DNA from: Mobula hypostoma
Taxonomy: Eukaryota
Assembly: GCF_963921235.1 (NCBI RefSeq)
Contig: NC_086108.1
Coordinates: 8,742,001 to 8,806,000, forward strand
DNA length: 64,000 nucleotides
Direction: 5' to 3'
This document shows, in pieces, positions 26,718 through 40,422 of the stretch. Within the stretch, counting starts at the first letter, position 1; the number at the start of each line of letters is the position of its first letter. A program made the translations under genes and the position numbers. The notes beneath the pieces were generated by a model. It was not told where the DNA came from. It did no database searches and saw nothing but the letters and a program-made list of their open reading frames with translations.

Positions 26718-27371
26718 CCTCCTGTCCGATGGTAGCAGCGAGAAGAAGGCATGAAGCAGATGGTGGAGGTCCTGGCTGATAAACGCTGCCCCCTTGAGCC
26801 AGAGACTCCTGTGGATGTTGTCAGCGGTGGGGAGGGATGTGCCCATGTTGTGTTCACTACCCTCTGCGGCCCCTTGCATTCCTGTGCATTGTCATAGTGA
26901 AAATAAATTCATTATCAAAGTGTGTACACAGTATGTCACCATACACTACCTTGAGATCCAATTTCTTCCAAGAAAATAAAGAAATACAATAGAATTTATG
27001 TAAAAACTATAAATTACAAAGACTGACAAACAACCAATGTGCAAAAGAAGACAAGTTCAAAGTTCTACATAAATTTATTATCAAAGTACAGATATGTTAC
27101 TATATACAAGCCTGAGAATAGTTTTCTTGCAGGCATTCACTGTAAATCCAAGAATCAGAATAGAATCAATGAAAAACCGCACCTGATATGGTGGATAAAC
27201 AACCTATGCAAAAGGCAACAAAATCTGCAAATACAATAATAATAATAATAATAAATAAGCAATAAACATCAAGAACATGAGATGAAGAGTTCTTGGAAGT
27301 GAGTCTATAGGTTGTGGGAACATTTCAGTGATGGGGTGAGTGGTGGTGAGTGAAGTTATCCCCCAGTTCAA

Positions 27372-27900
27372 GAGCCTGATGGTTGAGGGGGTAATAACTG
27401 TTCCTGAACCTGGTGGTGTGGGACCTGAGGCTCATTGTGGTGAGTGAAGTTATCCCCCCTGGTTCAGGAGCCTGATGGTTGTGGGGTAATAACTGTTCCT
27501 GAACCTAGTGGTGTGGGACCTGAGGCTCATTGTGGTGAGTGAAGTTATCCACACTGGTTCAGGAGCCTGAAGATTGAAGGGTAATAACTGTTCCTGAACC
27601 TGGTGGTGTGGGACCTGAGGCTCATTGTGGTGACTGAAGTTATCCACACTGGTTCAGGAGCCTGATGGTTGTGGGGTAATAACTGTTCCTGAACCTGGTG
27701 GTGTGGGACCTGAGGCTCATTGTGGTGAGTGAAGTTATCCACACTGGTTCAGGAGCCTGATGGTTGTGGGGTAATAACTGTTCCTGAACCTGGTGGTGTG
27801 GGACCTGAGGCTCATTGTGGTGACTGAAGTTATCCACACTGGTTCAGGAGCCTGAAGATTGAAGGGTAATAACTTTTCCTGACCCAGGTGGTGTGGAGCC
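27372..27900 (-). repeat. 95-bp tandem array (~5.5 units), same unit as 965-1330, inverted
   Basis: Repeated ORFs at 27450, 27545 and 27640 give a 95-bp period. Confidence 0.9.
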
Positions 27901-28240
27901 TAGGGCTCCTGTACCCAGGTTGTTGCTGCATGGAGGTCCGTGATGGGATAACAAAGTGGAGCTGTACTCTGTGCTTAACTCCTACCTCCTCTCCCTGGCT
28001 GAGAGCTGGCTCTTTTGGAATGTCGTAAATTGCAGGAATTTTTACTCTGCGCAGAGTGCGGAGATGGCTAAATCCAAAATTTCTCAGGTGTATCGTTGAC
28101 ACCTGGGTGTTAAGTGAATCACAAATAAACAATCAGGAACAAGATAGACTCCCGAGTGACATGGTGACATGACATCAACCTTTCTGTCATCGTCAACAGA
28201 AGAGCAGGTTGTGGTCATCAGGAAACGGGAGTGGGGAGAG

Positions 28241-31200
28241 GGACCTCTTCTGGGGCAGGTGGGACCTGTACAAGAGAGACGGGTTACACTTGAACCACAG
28301 GGGGACCAATATCCTTTCAGGGAGGTTTGTTAGTGCTGTTGGGGAGGCTTTAAACTAGATTTGCAGGGGGATGGGAACCAGAGTGCCAGAGCTGACAGTG
28401 TGGCTGGGGTGAAAATAAATGATGTTAAAAGTTCAAGCAAATCCGCTAATAGAAAGGTTGTGAATGGTGGTAAAAATCTTCTGAGGTGTATATATTTCAA
28501 TGCTAGGAGTATTGCAGGGAAGGCGGATGAGTTGAGGGCATGGATTGACACGTGGAATTATGACGTTATAGCAATTAGTGAAACTTGGCTACAGGAGGGG
28601 CAGGACTGGCAGCTTAATATTCCAGGGTTCCGATGTTTCAGATGTGATCGAGGCAGAGGAATGAAAGGTGGGGGAGTAGCATTGCTTGTTAGGGAAAATA
28701 TTACAGCAGTGCTCAGGCAGGACAGATTAGAGGGCTTGCCTACTGAGTCCTTATGGGTGGAGCTGAGAAACAGGAAAAGTATGGCCACATTAGTGGGATT
28801 GTATTACAGACCACCCAATAGTCAACGAGACTTGGAAGAGCAAATCTGCAGAGAGATAGCAGGCAACTGCAGGAAACATAAAGTTGTGGTGGTAGGGGAT
28901 TTTAATTTTCCATACATTGATTGGGACTCCCATACTGTTAGGGGTCTAGATGGTTTAGAGTTTGTAAAATGTGTTCAGGAAAGTTTTCTAAATCAGTATA
29001 TAGAGGGACCAACTAGAGGGGATGCAATATTGGATCTCCTGTTAGGAAACGAATTAGGGCAAGTGACGGAAGTCTGTGTAGGGGAGCACTTTGGTTCCAG
29101 TAATCATAACGCCATTAGTTTCAATTTGATCATGGGCAAGGATAGATCTGGTCCTAGCGTTGAGGTTCTGAACTGGAAGAAGGCCAAATTTGAAGAAATG
29201 AGAAAGGATCTAAAAAGCGTGGATTGGGACAGGTTGTTCTCTGGCAAAGATGTGATTGGTAGGTGGGAAGCCTTCAAAGGGGAAATTTTGAGAGTGCAGA
29301 GTTTGTATGTTCCTGTCAGGATTAAAGGCAAATTGAATAGGAATAAGGAACCTTGGTTCTCAAGGGATATTGCAACTCTGATAAAGAAGAAGGGGGAGTT
29401 GTATGAAATGTATAGGAAACAGAGGGTAAATCAGGTGCTTGAGGAGTATAAGAAGTGCAAGAATATACTTAAAAAAGAAATCAGGAGGGCAAAAAGAAAA
29501 CATGAGGTTGCCTTGGCAGTCAAAGTGAAGGATAATCCAAAGAGCTTTTACAAGTATATTAAGAGCAAAAGGATTGTAAGGGATAAAATTGGTCCTCTTG
29601 AAGATCAGAGTGGTCGGCTTTGTGCGGAACCAAAGGAAATGGGGGAGATCTTAAATAGGTTTTTGCGTCTGTATTTACTAAGGAAGCTGGCATGAAATCT
29701 ATGGAATTGAGGGAAACAAGTAGTGAGACCATGGCAACTGTACAGATTGAAAAGAAGGAGGTGCTTGCTGTCTTGAGGAAAATTAAAGTGGATAAATCCC
29801 CGGGACCTGACAGGGTGTTCCCTTGGACCTTGAAGGAGACTAGTGTTGAAATTGCGGGGGCCCTGGCAGAAATATTTAAAATGTCGCTGTCTACGGTTGA
29901 AGTGCCAGAGGATTGGAGAGTGGCTCATGTTGTTCCGTTGTTTAAAAAAGGATCGAAAAGTAATCCGGGAAATTATAGGCCGGTGAGTTTAACGTCAGTA
30001 GTAGGTAAATTATTGGAGGGAGTACTAAGAGACAGAATCTACAAGCATTTGGATAGACAGGGGCTTATTAGGGAGAGTCAACATGGCTTTGTGCGTGGTA
30101 GGTCATGTTTGACCAATCTGTTGGAGTTTTTCGAGGAGGTTACCAGGAAAGTGGATGAAGGGAAGGCAGTGGATATTGTCTACATGGACTTCAGTAAGGT
30201 CTTTGACAAGGTCCCGCATGGGAGGTTAGTTAGGAAAATTCAGTCGCTAGGTATACATGGAGAGGTAGTAAATTGGATTGGACATTGGCTCGAAGGAAGA
30301 AGCCAGAGAGTGGTGGTAGAAAATTGCTTCTCTGAGTGGAGGCCTGTGACTAGTGGTGTGCCACAGGGATCAGTGCTGGGTCCATTGTTATTTGTCATCT
30401 ATATCAATGATCTGGATGATAATGTGGTAAATTGGATCAGCAAGTTTGCTGATGATACAAAGATTGGAGGTGTAGTAGACAGTGAGGAAGGTTTTCAGAG
30501 CCTGCAGAGGGACTTGGACCAGCTGGAAAAATGGGCTGAAAAACGGCAGATGGAGTTTAATACTGACAAGTGTGAGGTATTGCACGTTGGAAGGACAAAC
30601 CAACGTAGAACATACAGGGTTAATGGTAAGGCACTGAGGAGTGCAGTGGAACAGAGGGAACTGGGAATACAGATACAAAATTCCCTAAAAGTGTCGTCAC
30701 AGGTAGATAGGGTCGTAAAGAGACCTTTTGGTACATTGGCCTTTATTAATCGTAGTATTGAGTATAAGAGCTGGAATGTTATGATGAGGTTGTATAAGGC
30801 ATTGGTGAGGTCGAATCTGGAGTATTGTGTTCAGTTTTGGTCACCAAATTACAGGAAGGATATAAATAAGGTTGAAAGAGTGCAGAGAAGGTTTACAAGG
30901 ATGTTGCCTGGACTTGAGAAACTCAGTTACAGAGAAAGGTTGAATAGGTTAGGACTTTATTCCCTGGAGCGTAGAAGAATGAGGGGAGATTTGATAGAGG
31001 TATATAAAATTATGATGGGTATAGACAGAGTGAATGCAAGCAGGCTTTTTCCACTGAGGCAAAGGGAGAAAAAAACCAGAGGACATGGGTTAAGGGTGAG
31101 GGGGGAAAATTTAAAGGGAACATTAGCGGGGGCTTCTTCACACAGAGAGTGGTGGGAGTATGGAATGAGCTGCCAGACGAGGTGGTAAATGCAGGTTCTT

Positions 31201-31360
31201 TTTTAACATTTAAGAATAAATTGGACAGATACATGGATGGGAGGTGTATGGAGGGATATGGTCCGTGTGCAGGTCAGTGGGACTAGGCAGAAAATGGTTT
31301 GGCACAGCCAAGAAGGGCCAAAGGGCCTGTTTCTGTGCTGTAGTTTCTATGGTTCTATGG
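28241..31360 (+). mobile_element. CR1 LINE, 5'-truncated in ORF1
   Basis: ORF1 esterase tail (FWGRWDLYKRDGLHLN) followed by ORF2; ends in a TTCTATGG octamer tail. Confidence 0.92.
28361..31250 (+). pseudogene. CR1 ORF2 (endonuclease + RT) with frameshifts near 29660 and 31105
   Basis: YFNARS, SETW, GDFN; GVPQGSVLGP, KFADD; LEYCVQFWSP. Confidence 0.9.
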
Positions 31361-31912
31361 TTTTTTTTTATTTTATTTTTATTTGGATAAGGAGTTCACA
31401 ATTATCATGTACTTTTTTTCACACATATAACCTTTTCCATTTTTTATATGTATAAAACTACAATTATTTATACATTCTTAAGTACACATTGAGATGATAT
31501 AAAAGCAAAATAAACATTTAAATAGATAATTATGTACTGTGGTAAATCTAACCTATTAGGCTAAGTAATGAAATTAGTTGTTAAGAAAAATGGTAATAAT
31601 AGTTTCCATACAACCCTTCTGGACCATTTCCACTGGTCCAAAATGTTGCATACAAGCCTATACACCAACCATTGTAGATGTTTATATCCCAATTTGTTCG
31701 TGCTTGTTCCTGCCCGCAGACATAATTATCCAATCCCTATGTACTTATTTACTTAATTTTTTCATTTTTTTTTATCCCTTTCCCAAATCTTTCCCTTTAC
31801 TTGTGTTAATTCTCTATTTTCCAAAAAAAAACAACAAACATTTAGACTAGGGGTGCTTACGTTAGCAATATTACTGTGTTGATGAGAAGAGCAATATAAA
31901 TCATTAGGAGAG

Positions 31913-34900
31913 TCATCTAAAGTCTGCTCGCATTGGGGTTATATATTCAATCCATTTATTCCAGATTTGATAAAATGTTTCTTTTTGAGTTCTCAGGGAG
32001 TAGGTCAACTTTTCCATTTTAAATATTTCCAAGATAATTTCGTACCAATCTTCTAATGTAGGTGGTATTGGATTTAGCCATTTTCTAGTGATTGATTTCT
32101 TACTTGCCGCTAAGAGGGCCTGCAGCAACTTTATATCTTCCTTCTGTTCAAGGAACAATACATGCCCCAAATAGAGCGTCTCAAAGTTCAGAGGTATCTG
32201 GGACCTAAGTACCTTAACTAATGTTCTATGAATACCTTCCCAAAATAGACTTAATTTAGGGCAATCCCAGAAAATATGAAAATGATTTGCCTCCTTAGAG
32301 CCGCACCTTCTCCAACACATCACATTTGTATCTTTATATTTTTCCTGATATGGGGTCTTGAAGTACCTTATAATGTTTTTCCAACAATGTTCTCTCCAAG
32401 TCAAAGAATTAGTCGAGGACCATTGAAAGCTGCAGATTTTCCCCCAAGCCTCCTCTGAAAGTACCAACCCCGCTTCGTTCTCCCACTTCTCTTTAATATA
32501 CAGTGTATTTACATTTTTAGCATGGGAGAGTGCATTATATAGGCGAGAAACTGATTTACTAGGTATTGAACTGCAAGCCGAATTCAGAATCTTGAAAAAT
32601 TCTAATTCTACTGTTGACAGGTCTGTATATCTACAACTCTGGTTAACATAGTTTCGTATTTGAAGGTACCTAAAGAAGTCATTATGTTCTAGGCCATGTT
32701 TGTCCTGCAGGATTTGGAAACTTTGTAATACTCTTTTATCTATAAATGAGAGGTAGGTTGTAAGACCTTTCTTTATCCATAGCTCAAATCTTTTATCTCC
32801 TCTGTTGGGAAGGAATTCGGTATCATATGCACACCATCTAAAGAGTTTTAGCATGTTATTAATTCCACATGAATTAACCACCTTCTGCCATACTTTTAAT
32901 GTAAGATTTATCCAAGCATTATTAAATTTTTCCAACTGGGCCATCAATCCTTTGTCAGCTATTGAGGCCTGAAGAGGAAAACTGTCAACTAATCCTAATT
33001 CTATTTCCTTCCATCTAGCCTTATATTCCCTATTACACCAATATAACAGAGGGGTTATCTGTGAGGCATAAAAATAATTTCTCAGGCAAGGAAGAACCAT
33101 ACCTCCTCTTTCCTTCCCTAACTGTAAGGTGTTATATCGAATTCTAGGTTTCCTTCCTTGCCAAATGAAGCAGGAAATCCATTTGTCCCATTCCCTGAAT
33201 TGATTATCATCCACCTCCACTGGTAAAGTACGGAAAAGATATAATAACCGAGGAAGAATATTCATTTTTATAGTATTTATCCTTGAATTTAAACTTAAAA
33301 AGGGGATAAGATTCCATCTATGCATATCTGCTTTTATCTCTGAGATTAATGGCCCATAATTTACCTGTGACAGTGTTGAAAGATCCTTCGGCAGGGTTAT
33401 TCCTAAATATTTTAATGATTTAGCTTCCCACTTAAGATCGTATGTATCCTGCAATTTTTTGGATGGTGTATAATTTAGGGTCATAACCTGCGTTTTCTTT
33501 ACATTTATTTTATAACCTGATATTTTCCCAAAGTCATCCAACAGTGTAAACAATCCTATAAATGATTTTTCTGGTTCACTCAGATAGACCAAAACATCAT
33601 CTGCGAATAACGCCACTTTCTGTTCAATCCCTGCCACCTTGATACCTTTTACGATTTCGCTCTGTCTTATTAGTTGGGCAAGTGGTTCAATATATAGCGC
33701 AAAAAGGAGAGGAGAAATTGGGCATCCCTGTCTAGTGCCTCTCTCTAAAATGAAGGAGTCAGAGAGGTCCCCATTTATCTTAATTCGGGCTGTTGGGCTG
33801 TCATACAGCGTTTGAATTACTTTAATAAACCTTTCTTGAAAGCCGAATCTTCCTAACACTCTGTATAGGAATGCCCAACTAACCAAATCAAAAGCTTTCT
33901 CAGCGTCCAATCCTACTACCATTGTCTCTGTCTCGTTCTTATTAACCTGTTCTAATATGTGTAGAGTTCTCCTTATGTTGTCCTGTGTTTGTCTTTGTTG
34001 AATAAATCCAGTCTGGTCTAAATGGATTAGGCCAGGTAAAAGCTTTTCCAATCTGCGCGCTAATATAGATGTAAATAGTTTGTAATCTAAATTAAGAACA
34101 CTAATTGGCCGATAATTGCCACATTCTGGTTTATCTTTACCCTCTTTAGGAATAACTGAAATAATCGCTTCTCTCCAGGAAGGTGGAGTTTCTCCTCTCT
34201 GCAAGATCTAATTAAAGGTGTTAAGTAGTAATGGGGCTAACTGTGTCTTCAGGGACTTGTACCACTCTGAGGTAAACCCATCAGAACCCGGGGACTTTCC
34301 AGCCTTTAACCTAGAGATGGCCACGTTCAGTTCTTTGACAGTTACTGGTTCTAATAAACTTTCATTTTGTAAATCTGTAAGTTTAGGTAGATCTAAAAAA
34401 TTCAATACACTGTCTATATAGGGCTCATTGGGGGCCCGGGGTTGGGAGTACAGCTCTCGATAATACGTTTCAAAACTCTCTTGAATTTTCCCTATTGTAC
34501 TCTCCACAAGCTTTGTCTTTGGATTCTTTATTTTATGAATTGTATTGTCTTGTTGTTGTTTTCGTAATTTATATGCTAATAATCTAGCTGATTTACCTCC
34601 TACTTCATAATTCTTTTGTCTCAGGTAAAGAAAATTTCTTTGAGTTTCCAACGTATAAATATCATCAATTTCACTTTGCAATTTCCTAATTTCCTGTTTT
34701 CGATTTGAATTACTTTTGTTGCTATCTCCAACTTGAAGTTGTTTTAATTTTCCTTGAAGGTCTGCTAATTTTTGTGCATTGATTTTTTTCATGTGAGTAG
34801 TAATGGAAATAATTTTCCCTCTCAGTACAGCTTTCAATGTATCCCATAAAATCACTGGTGATGTTTCTCCCGTGTCATTAAGGTCTAGATATTCTTTGAT

Positions 34901-35701
34901 TTCTCCCCTTAATCTCTCCATTACTTTTGGGTTATTAAGTATATGTGAGTTTAGCCTCCATAGTGTTTTCCTCATTTTCCTTTTCAGGATTAGAGACATA
35001 GAGACTGGGCTATGATCCGACAGATCAATTGTTGCAATATTACAGTTTTTTATCCTGAGTCTATCTGTATTAAAGATAAAGAAATAGTCTATCCTTGAAT
35101 AGGCTGAATGAGGGAAAGAGTAATATGTATGATCTTTACTAGTAGGGTGTAATTCCCTCCAGACATCTATAATTCCCAACTCCTCCATCAATGAATTCAC
35201 TTTCCGAGTCAGAGGTTTATTCTGAGTAACTATTCTTGAAGAATCTAATATAGGATTTAATCTAATATTAAAATCCCCTCCACAAATTACTACCCCTCGA
35301 GAACTGACCATTAGGTCAAAAATGTGTCTATAAAATGACCATTCACTACCTGGAGGAGCATAAACATTCAGCAATGTTATTTCTGTACCTTCTATTCTTC
35401 CTGTGATTTTTACAAACCGTCCTTCTTTGTCTCTAGTCTCTGAAATATGTTCATAATTAAGAGTACTTGATATTAAAGTAGCTACCCCTCTTTTGTGACT
35501 CAATTTATATGATGAATAAAATACATGCTTAAAGCCCATTCTTTTTAATTTTCCATGTTCAGATTGGCTCATATGTGTTTCCTGGAGGAAAGCTATTTGT
35601 GCCCTCTCTTTTTTCAATTTAGACATAATCTTATTTCTTTTAATTGGATTCAAAACCCCATTAACATTATAGGAAATTATTTTTACCAATTCAGTTTGCA
35701 T
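31913..35701 (-). pseudogene. L1 ORF2p (APE endonuclease, RT, C-terminal CCHC) with a single in-frame TAG
   Basis: SYNVNG, LQETH, GGDFN, SDH; RQGCPISP, LFADD; CWRRC...HIFWDC. The 497-aa and 763-aa ORFs are in the same frame, separated by TAG at 34208-34210. Confidence 0.93.
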
Positions 35702-36063
35702 TTTTCTCTAGTAGAAAAAAAGCACTCTCCTTTTCTAACCAAACAGTAAGCAATCCCTTCTCAACAGTAAACCAAGACATATAACCACACCCTAGACATT
35801 TCTGAACGTATAACATTTGAAAATTTTCCCCGACTTCCCACAGTGAGGCCTGAGCACCGACCCGCCTCAGTTCAGAGGGATAACCTCTATCTTCACCCTG
35901 TGTTAGAGGGCCCTCAGCAGTTTGAATAATCATAGAGAATTTTCTCCTATTTATGTCTCGACCATATTACTATCATTCAAGTTATTCCGCCTAGATTATT
36001 TTCAGTTACCAGTTTTCATTTTACTTTTAAGTCCGATTTACTCTTTTCAGTCATTTCTCTTAA

Positions 36064-37050
36064 TTAATCTGTATTCTCTGTACATTCGCGTCTGAATATT
36101 TGCAGCTTTTCCTTGTAGTTTGACACTCTGGTTCGTGTGGAGCGTCCTCGCCCCACTAACTGCCACGACTTCTGCCGAATCCTCTCCAGTAGCGACTCCG
36201 GTTGGGTGATAACTTTAATAGGTAGTCCCCGGTCTGCCAGGTCCGACGTTGCCTCCTCCACCGTAGCGTAAGTTTTTGTCCCTTCGTCGTGAAAGACTCT
36301 CAGCCGAGCTGGATACAGGGTCTGGAATCTGATGTTGTTTTCCTTCAGGACTCTCCGTGTTTCCGTATATTCCTTCCGTCTGGCAAGGATCCCTGGTGCG
36401 TAGTCGTGGTCTAAACTGATTTTACAGTTGTTCCACATGAAACCTTTCTTTTGCCATGCTCTTTTAAGCACCTCTTCCTTCGTTCTGTAACTGAGAAATC
36501 TGACCAGAATCGATCTGGGCTGGGCGCCTGCTGGAGGCTGTGGTGCCAACGCGCGGTGAGCCCTTTCTATCTGTAGGTCTTTTGCGGCCGGTATATCAAG
36601 GTTCTCTCTAAGCAGCTTCTCCACGAAGGGAATCATCAATCCGGGTTTACCTTCAGTTCCTTCAGGAACTCCGTAGATCCTCACATTTTCCCTTCTCAAG
36701 CGGCCTTCTTGATCTATTAGTTTCCACTGGAGCTGCTCTTGCAGCTTTAGCATTTCTGCTATCACTTGCTCTGTGTTTTGTAGCTTCTCTTCAATTCCAA
36801 CAGTCCTCGCTTCGGCTTCATCTATCCGCGAGTTAGTTTTTACTATTTCTCCTTTAATATCTTCCAGCTGTTTGCTGTTATCTTGTCGGAACTCGCGAAT
36901 CTCTCCGAGAATCAAAGACAGAGTCACCGATTCCTCCTCATTATCTCTGTCCTGGCTTGCCGTGGGGGAGCTAGGCCCGTCGCCTTGCTGCATCTCTTTA
37001 TGTTTATCAGCCTTCGAAGCGGACTTTTTATTCTTGTTCTTAGACATCAT
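36064..37050 (-). CDS. L1 ORF1p (coiled coil, RRM, CTD), 328 aa, intact
   Basis: Motifs RRENVRIYGVPE, IERAHR, PRSILVRF, LYPARLRV. Confidence 0.92.
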   Translation of the reverse strand: MMSKNKNKKSASKADKHKEMQQGDGPSSPTASQDRDNEEESVTLSLILGEIREFRQDNSKQLEDIKGEIVKTNSRIDEAEARTVGIEEKLQNTEQVIAEMLKLQEQLQWKLIDQEGRLRRENVRIYGVPEGTEGKPGLMIPFVEKLLRENLDIPAAKDLQIERAHRALAPQPPAGAQPRSILVRFLSYRTKEEVLKRAWQKKGFMWNNCKISLDHDYAPGILARRKEYTETRRVLKENNIRFQTLYPARLRVFHDEGTKTYATVEEATSDLADRGLPIKVITQPESLLERIRQKSWQLVGRGRSTRTRVSNYKEKLQIFRRECTENTD

Positions 37051-39858
37051 CCTTGCCCCTTTTATTAATATAGTTATGCAATATTAAGTATTTGTCTAAA
37101 TTCGATTTTGGGGCAGTTTACCTTCTTTTTTGTCGAGAGACCTTTTCCTTACGCCGCCATTCCCTTGATGACCCGGAAGTCCCCCGGTTCTAAGGTTCTA
37201 TGGGTGGGCACAGGCCGCTGTCTAAATGGTGCTGAGGTCAAAGGGGTCGAAAGCCTCAGGTTCCTGGGATGGAAAAATCACACAGCCTGTCCTGGTCCAA
37301 CCACCAGTACCTCTGCAACACACACAAAATGCTGTAGGAACTCAGCAGGTCAGGCAGGATCCATGGAAAACAGCAAACAGTCAACGTTTCAGGCCAAGTC
37401 CCTTCATCGGGACTGGAAAAACAGAGGAGAAGGTGAGGGGAGGAGAGGAAGAAGTACAAGGTGAAACCAGGAGAGGGGGAGGGGAGTAAAGTGAAGAGCT
37501 GGGAAGTAGATTGGTGAAAGAGATAAAGGACTGGAGAAGGGGGTATCTGATAGGAGAGGATAGAAAGGGAAGGGGGAGGAGCACCAGAGGGAGGTGATGG
37601 GCAGGTAAGGAGATAGGGTTAGAGGGGAAACAGGAATGGCACGTGGTGAAGGAGTGGAGGACCAGTTACTGGAAGTTCAGGAAATCAATGTTCAGTGCCT
37701 TTACTTTCTCAGAATGCTAAAACAAATTCAACAACTTTTATAGACCTGTCTGGCTGCATAGCATTTGGCAGCTTAAAGTTGTGCTCAATACCACAAGAAA
37801 CTGCAGAGTTGTGGTGACAGCACAGCACATCAAAGAAACCAGCATGTATATTCTTCTCACTGCCTCAGTAAAGCAGTCAGCTTAATCAAAGACCCACCTA
37901 CTCCTCCTATCAAGCAGAAGATATAACAATTTAAAATTTGTTTTATTTGTCGCACAGGTATTGAAAATTACAGTGGAATGTGTTGTTTGCATCAACAACC
38001 AAGACAGGCCAAGGATGGACTTGGGGGCAGCCCATTGGTGACACTATGCTTCCAGTGCCAGCTTACTAACCCTAACCCATACATCCCTGGAATCTGAGAG
38101 GAACCCGGAGCACCCAGAGGAAACTCACACCTTCCGAGAGAGAAGGTACAAACTCCATACAGATGTGGTGGGATTTGAACCCAGATCACAGCTACAAAGC
38201 ATTCCACTAACCATATGAAAGCCTGAAAGCACATGCAACCCTGCTCAAGCACAACCCCTACCTTCCTGTAAAAAGACTGTTGAACGGCTCCTAGTATGTC
38301 AAGATCATAATCAGAATCAGGTTTAATACCACCAGCATATATGGTGAAATTTGTTATCTTTGCAGCAGCAGTACTATGCAATACATAATAATAGAGAGAA
38401 GAGGGTGGATTACAGTAACTATATGGGGAAGAAGCTGTTTCTGAATCATTGAGTGTGTGTCTTCAGGTTCCTGTACCTCCTCCCTGATGGTAACAATGAG
38501 AGGAGAGCATGTCCTGGGTGATGGGGGTTCTTAATGATACGTTTGTAGATGCATTGCTCCTTGAAGATGTTCTGGATACTACAAGGGCTAGTGCCCATGA
38601 TGGAGCTGACTGAGTTTACAACTTTCTGCAGCTTATTTCGATCATGTGCAGTGGTCACCCGCGTGCCCCCCCCCACCCCCACCCCATACCAGACGGTGAT
38701 GCAGCCAGTTAGAATCCTCCCCTTGGTACATCTGTAGAAATTTACGAGTGTCTTTGGTGACGTACCAAATCTCCTCAGACTCCTAATGAAATATACCCAC
38801 TGTTTTCTACCTACTTCTTTGTAGCTGCATCGATGTGTTGGGCCCAGGATAGATCCTCAGAGTTGTTGACACCCAGGAAATTGAAATTGCTCACCCTTTC
38901 CACTTCTGATCCCTCTATGAGGACTGGTGTGTGTTCCCTCATCTCACCCTTTCTGAAGCCCACAGTCAGTTCTTTGGTCTTATTGATGTTGAGTGCAAGA
39001 TTGTTGCTGTGATGCCAATTGACTAGCTGGTATATCTCGCTCCTGTACGCCACCTCATCAACATCCAAGATTCTGCCAATAGTTGTGTCATTAGCAAATA
39101 TGTGGACTCTTGACCTCACAGTCTACCTTGTTATGGCTGTACTCTCTCTGTAAGAGGATCTCTCATGGTGATAGGAGCAAGATGTACCAGCTAAATAAGT
39201 GGTGTCACAACAAAAAACCTTGCACGCAATGTCAGTGAGATCAAAGAACTGATGGTGGACTTCAGGAAGGGTAAGACAAGGGAACACACACCAGTCATAA
39301 TAGAGGGGTCAGAAGTGGAAAGAGTAGACAATGTCAAATTCTTGGAGAGTCAGTATCTCTGAGGATATCAATGCAGCTACAAAGAAGGCTAGACAGTGGC
39401 TACTTTATATTAGGAGTTTGAGGAGATTTGGTTTGTAACACTTGCAAGTTTCTACAGATGTACCATGGAGAGCATTCTATCTGGCTGCACAGGATCGAAG
39501 TAAGCTGCAGAGAGTTGTAAACTTAGTCATCTCCATCACAGGCACTAGCCTCTGTAGTATCCAGGACATCTTCAAGGAGCGATGCCTCAAAAAGGTGGCA
39601 TCCATCAATAAGGACCACCATCACCCAAGTCAAACCCTGTTCTCACTGCTACCATCAGGAAGGAGGTATAGAACCTGAAGACACACATTCAATAAAACAG
39701 GAACAACTTCTTCCCCTCTGCCATCTGATTTCTGAATAAACATTGAACCCATGTACAGTACCTCAGGACTTTTTTATTTTTACAGTTTGCATGACATATT
39801 TAACTATTTTATTTATTATATATACAATTGTACAGTTAATAAAATATATAAATATATA

Positions 39859-40422
39859 CTGTTGTTCGTCCATCATTGACGTCGATGAGGACCTCGACAC
39901 CATTATGATGGTGTCAAGACTAGCGCGTGATTTGGATTTAAGTGAGGGAGAGTTGCGCAGCGTCAGCCTCACTCTCTCTTCCCAATTCCCATCTGGATCC
40001 AGTGGCAAGACAGAGTCTAGACAGCTGGAGATGGGACTAGGCGCAGTGGATGACCAGGACATCTTCTGTGTCTTGTCCTGCTCTACACGTTCTATGACGC
40101 TTGCAGAGACCGCCTTCTTGACCGTTGGACCTTCCATTGGTCTCGTCCGCTCAATCCGCCGGAGTCTGTCTTCACATGCTGGGATAGACAACTCCCTATC
40201 TCACCGAGGGTTTGAGACCCGTCGGCTACCCTCACCTGGTTTAGCCGGCTTGTCGAAGCCGTTGCCCGGGGTGTGGCTGCTGTCGCATGCAAACAGCTAC
40301 GGGGAGCCACAGGTGAGAGCTGAGTGCCAGGTGGGGACCAAAGGTGGACTAACCGCCCTGAAAAGGACGCGACATGTTCCCTCACCAAAGGTGCTACCCC
40401 TCCCTGACACCCCATACACCCC
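39859..40422 (-). mobile_element. Short non-autonomous retroposon (family A) with 5' HDV-like ribozyme fold, copy 1
   Basis: Near-identical to 55884-56445; inserted in a TA run of a Rex1 tail; starts GGGGTGTATGGGGTGT, ends GACGAACAA. Confidence 0.8.
40229..40413 (-). ncRNA. HDV-like self-cleaving ribozyme (predicted)
   Basis: Same pairing elements as 56252-56436. Confidence 0.65.

Larger units (their letters stand above)
31361..37185 (-). mobile_element. Full-length L1-clade LINE (~5.8 kb)
   Basis: 5' end GGGGGACTTCCGG, ORF1, spacer, ORF2, 3'UTR and A-rich tail (T run at 31361); flanked on both sides by GGTTCTATGG-type repeats. Confidence 0.95.

Noticed and set aside
35691..35933. 80-aa ORF in the L1 inter-ORF spacer
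   Set aside because: Short, no recognisable motif; consistent with chance.
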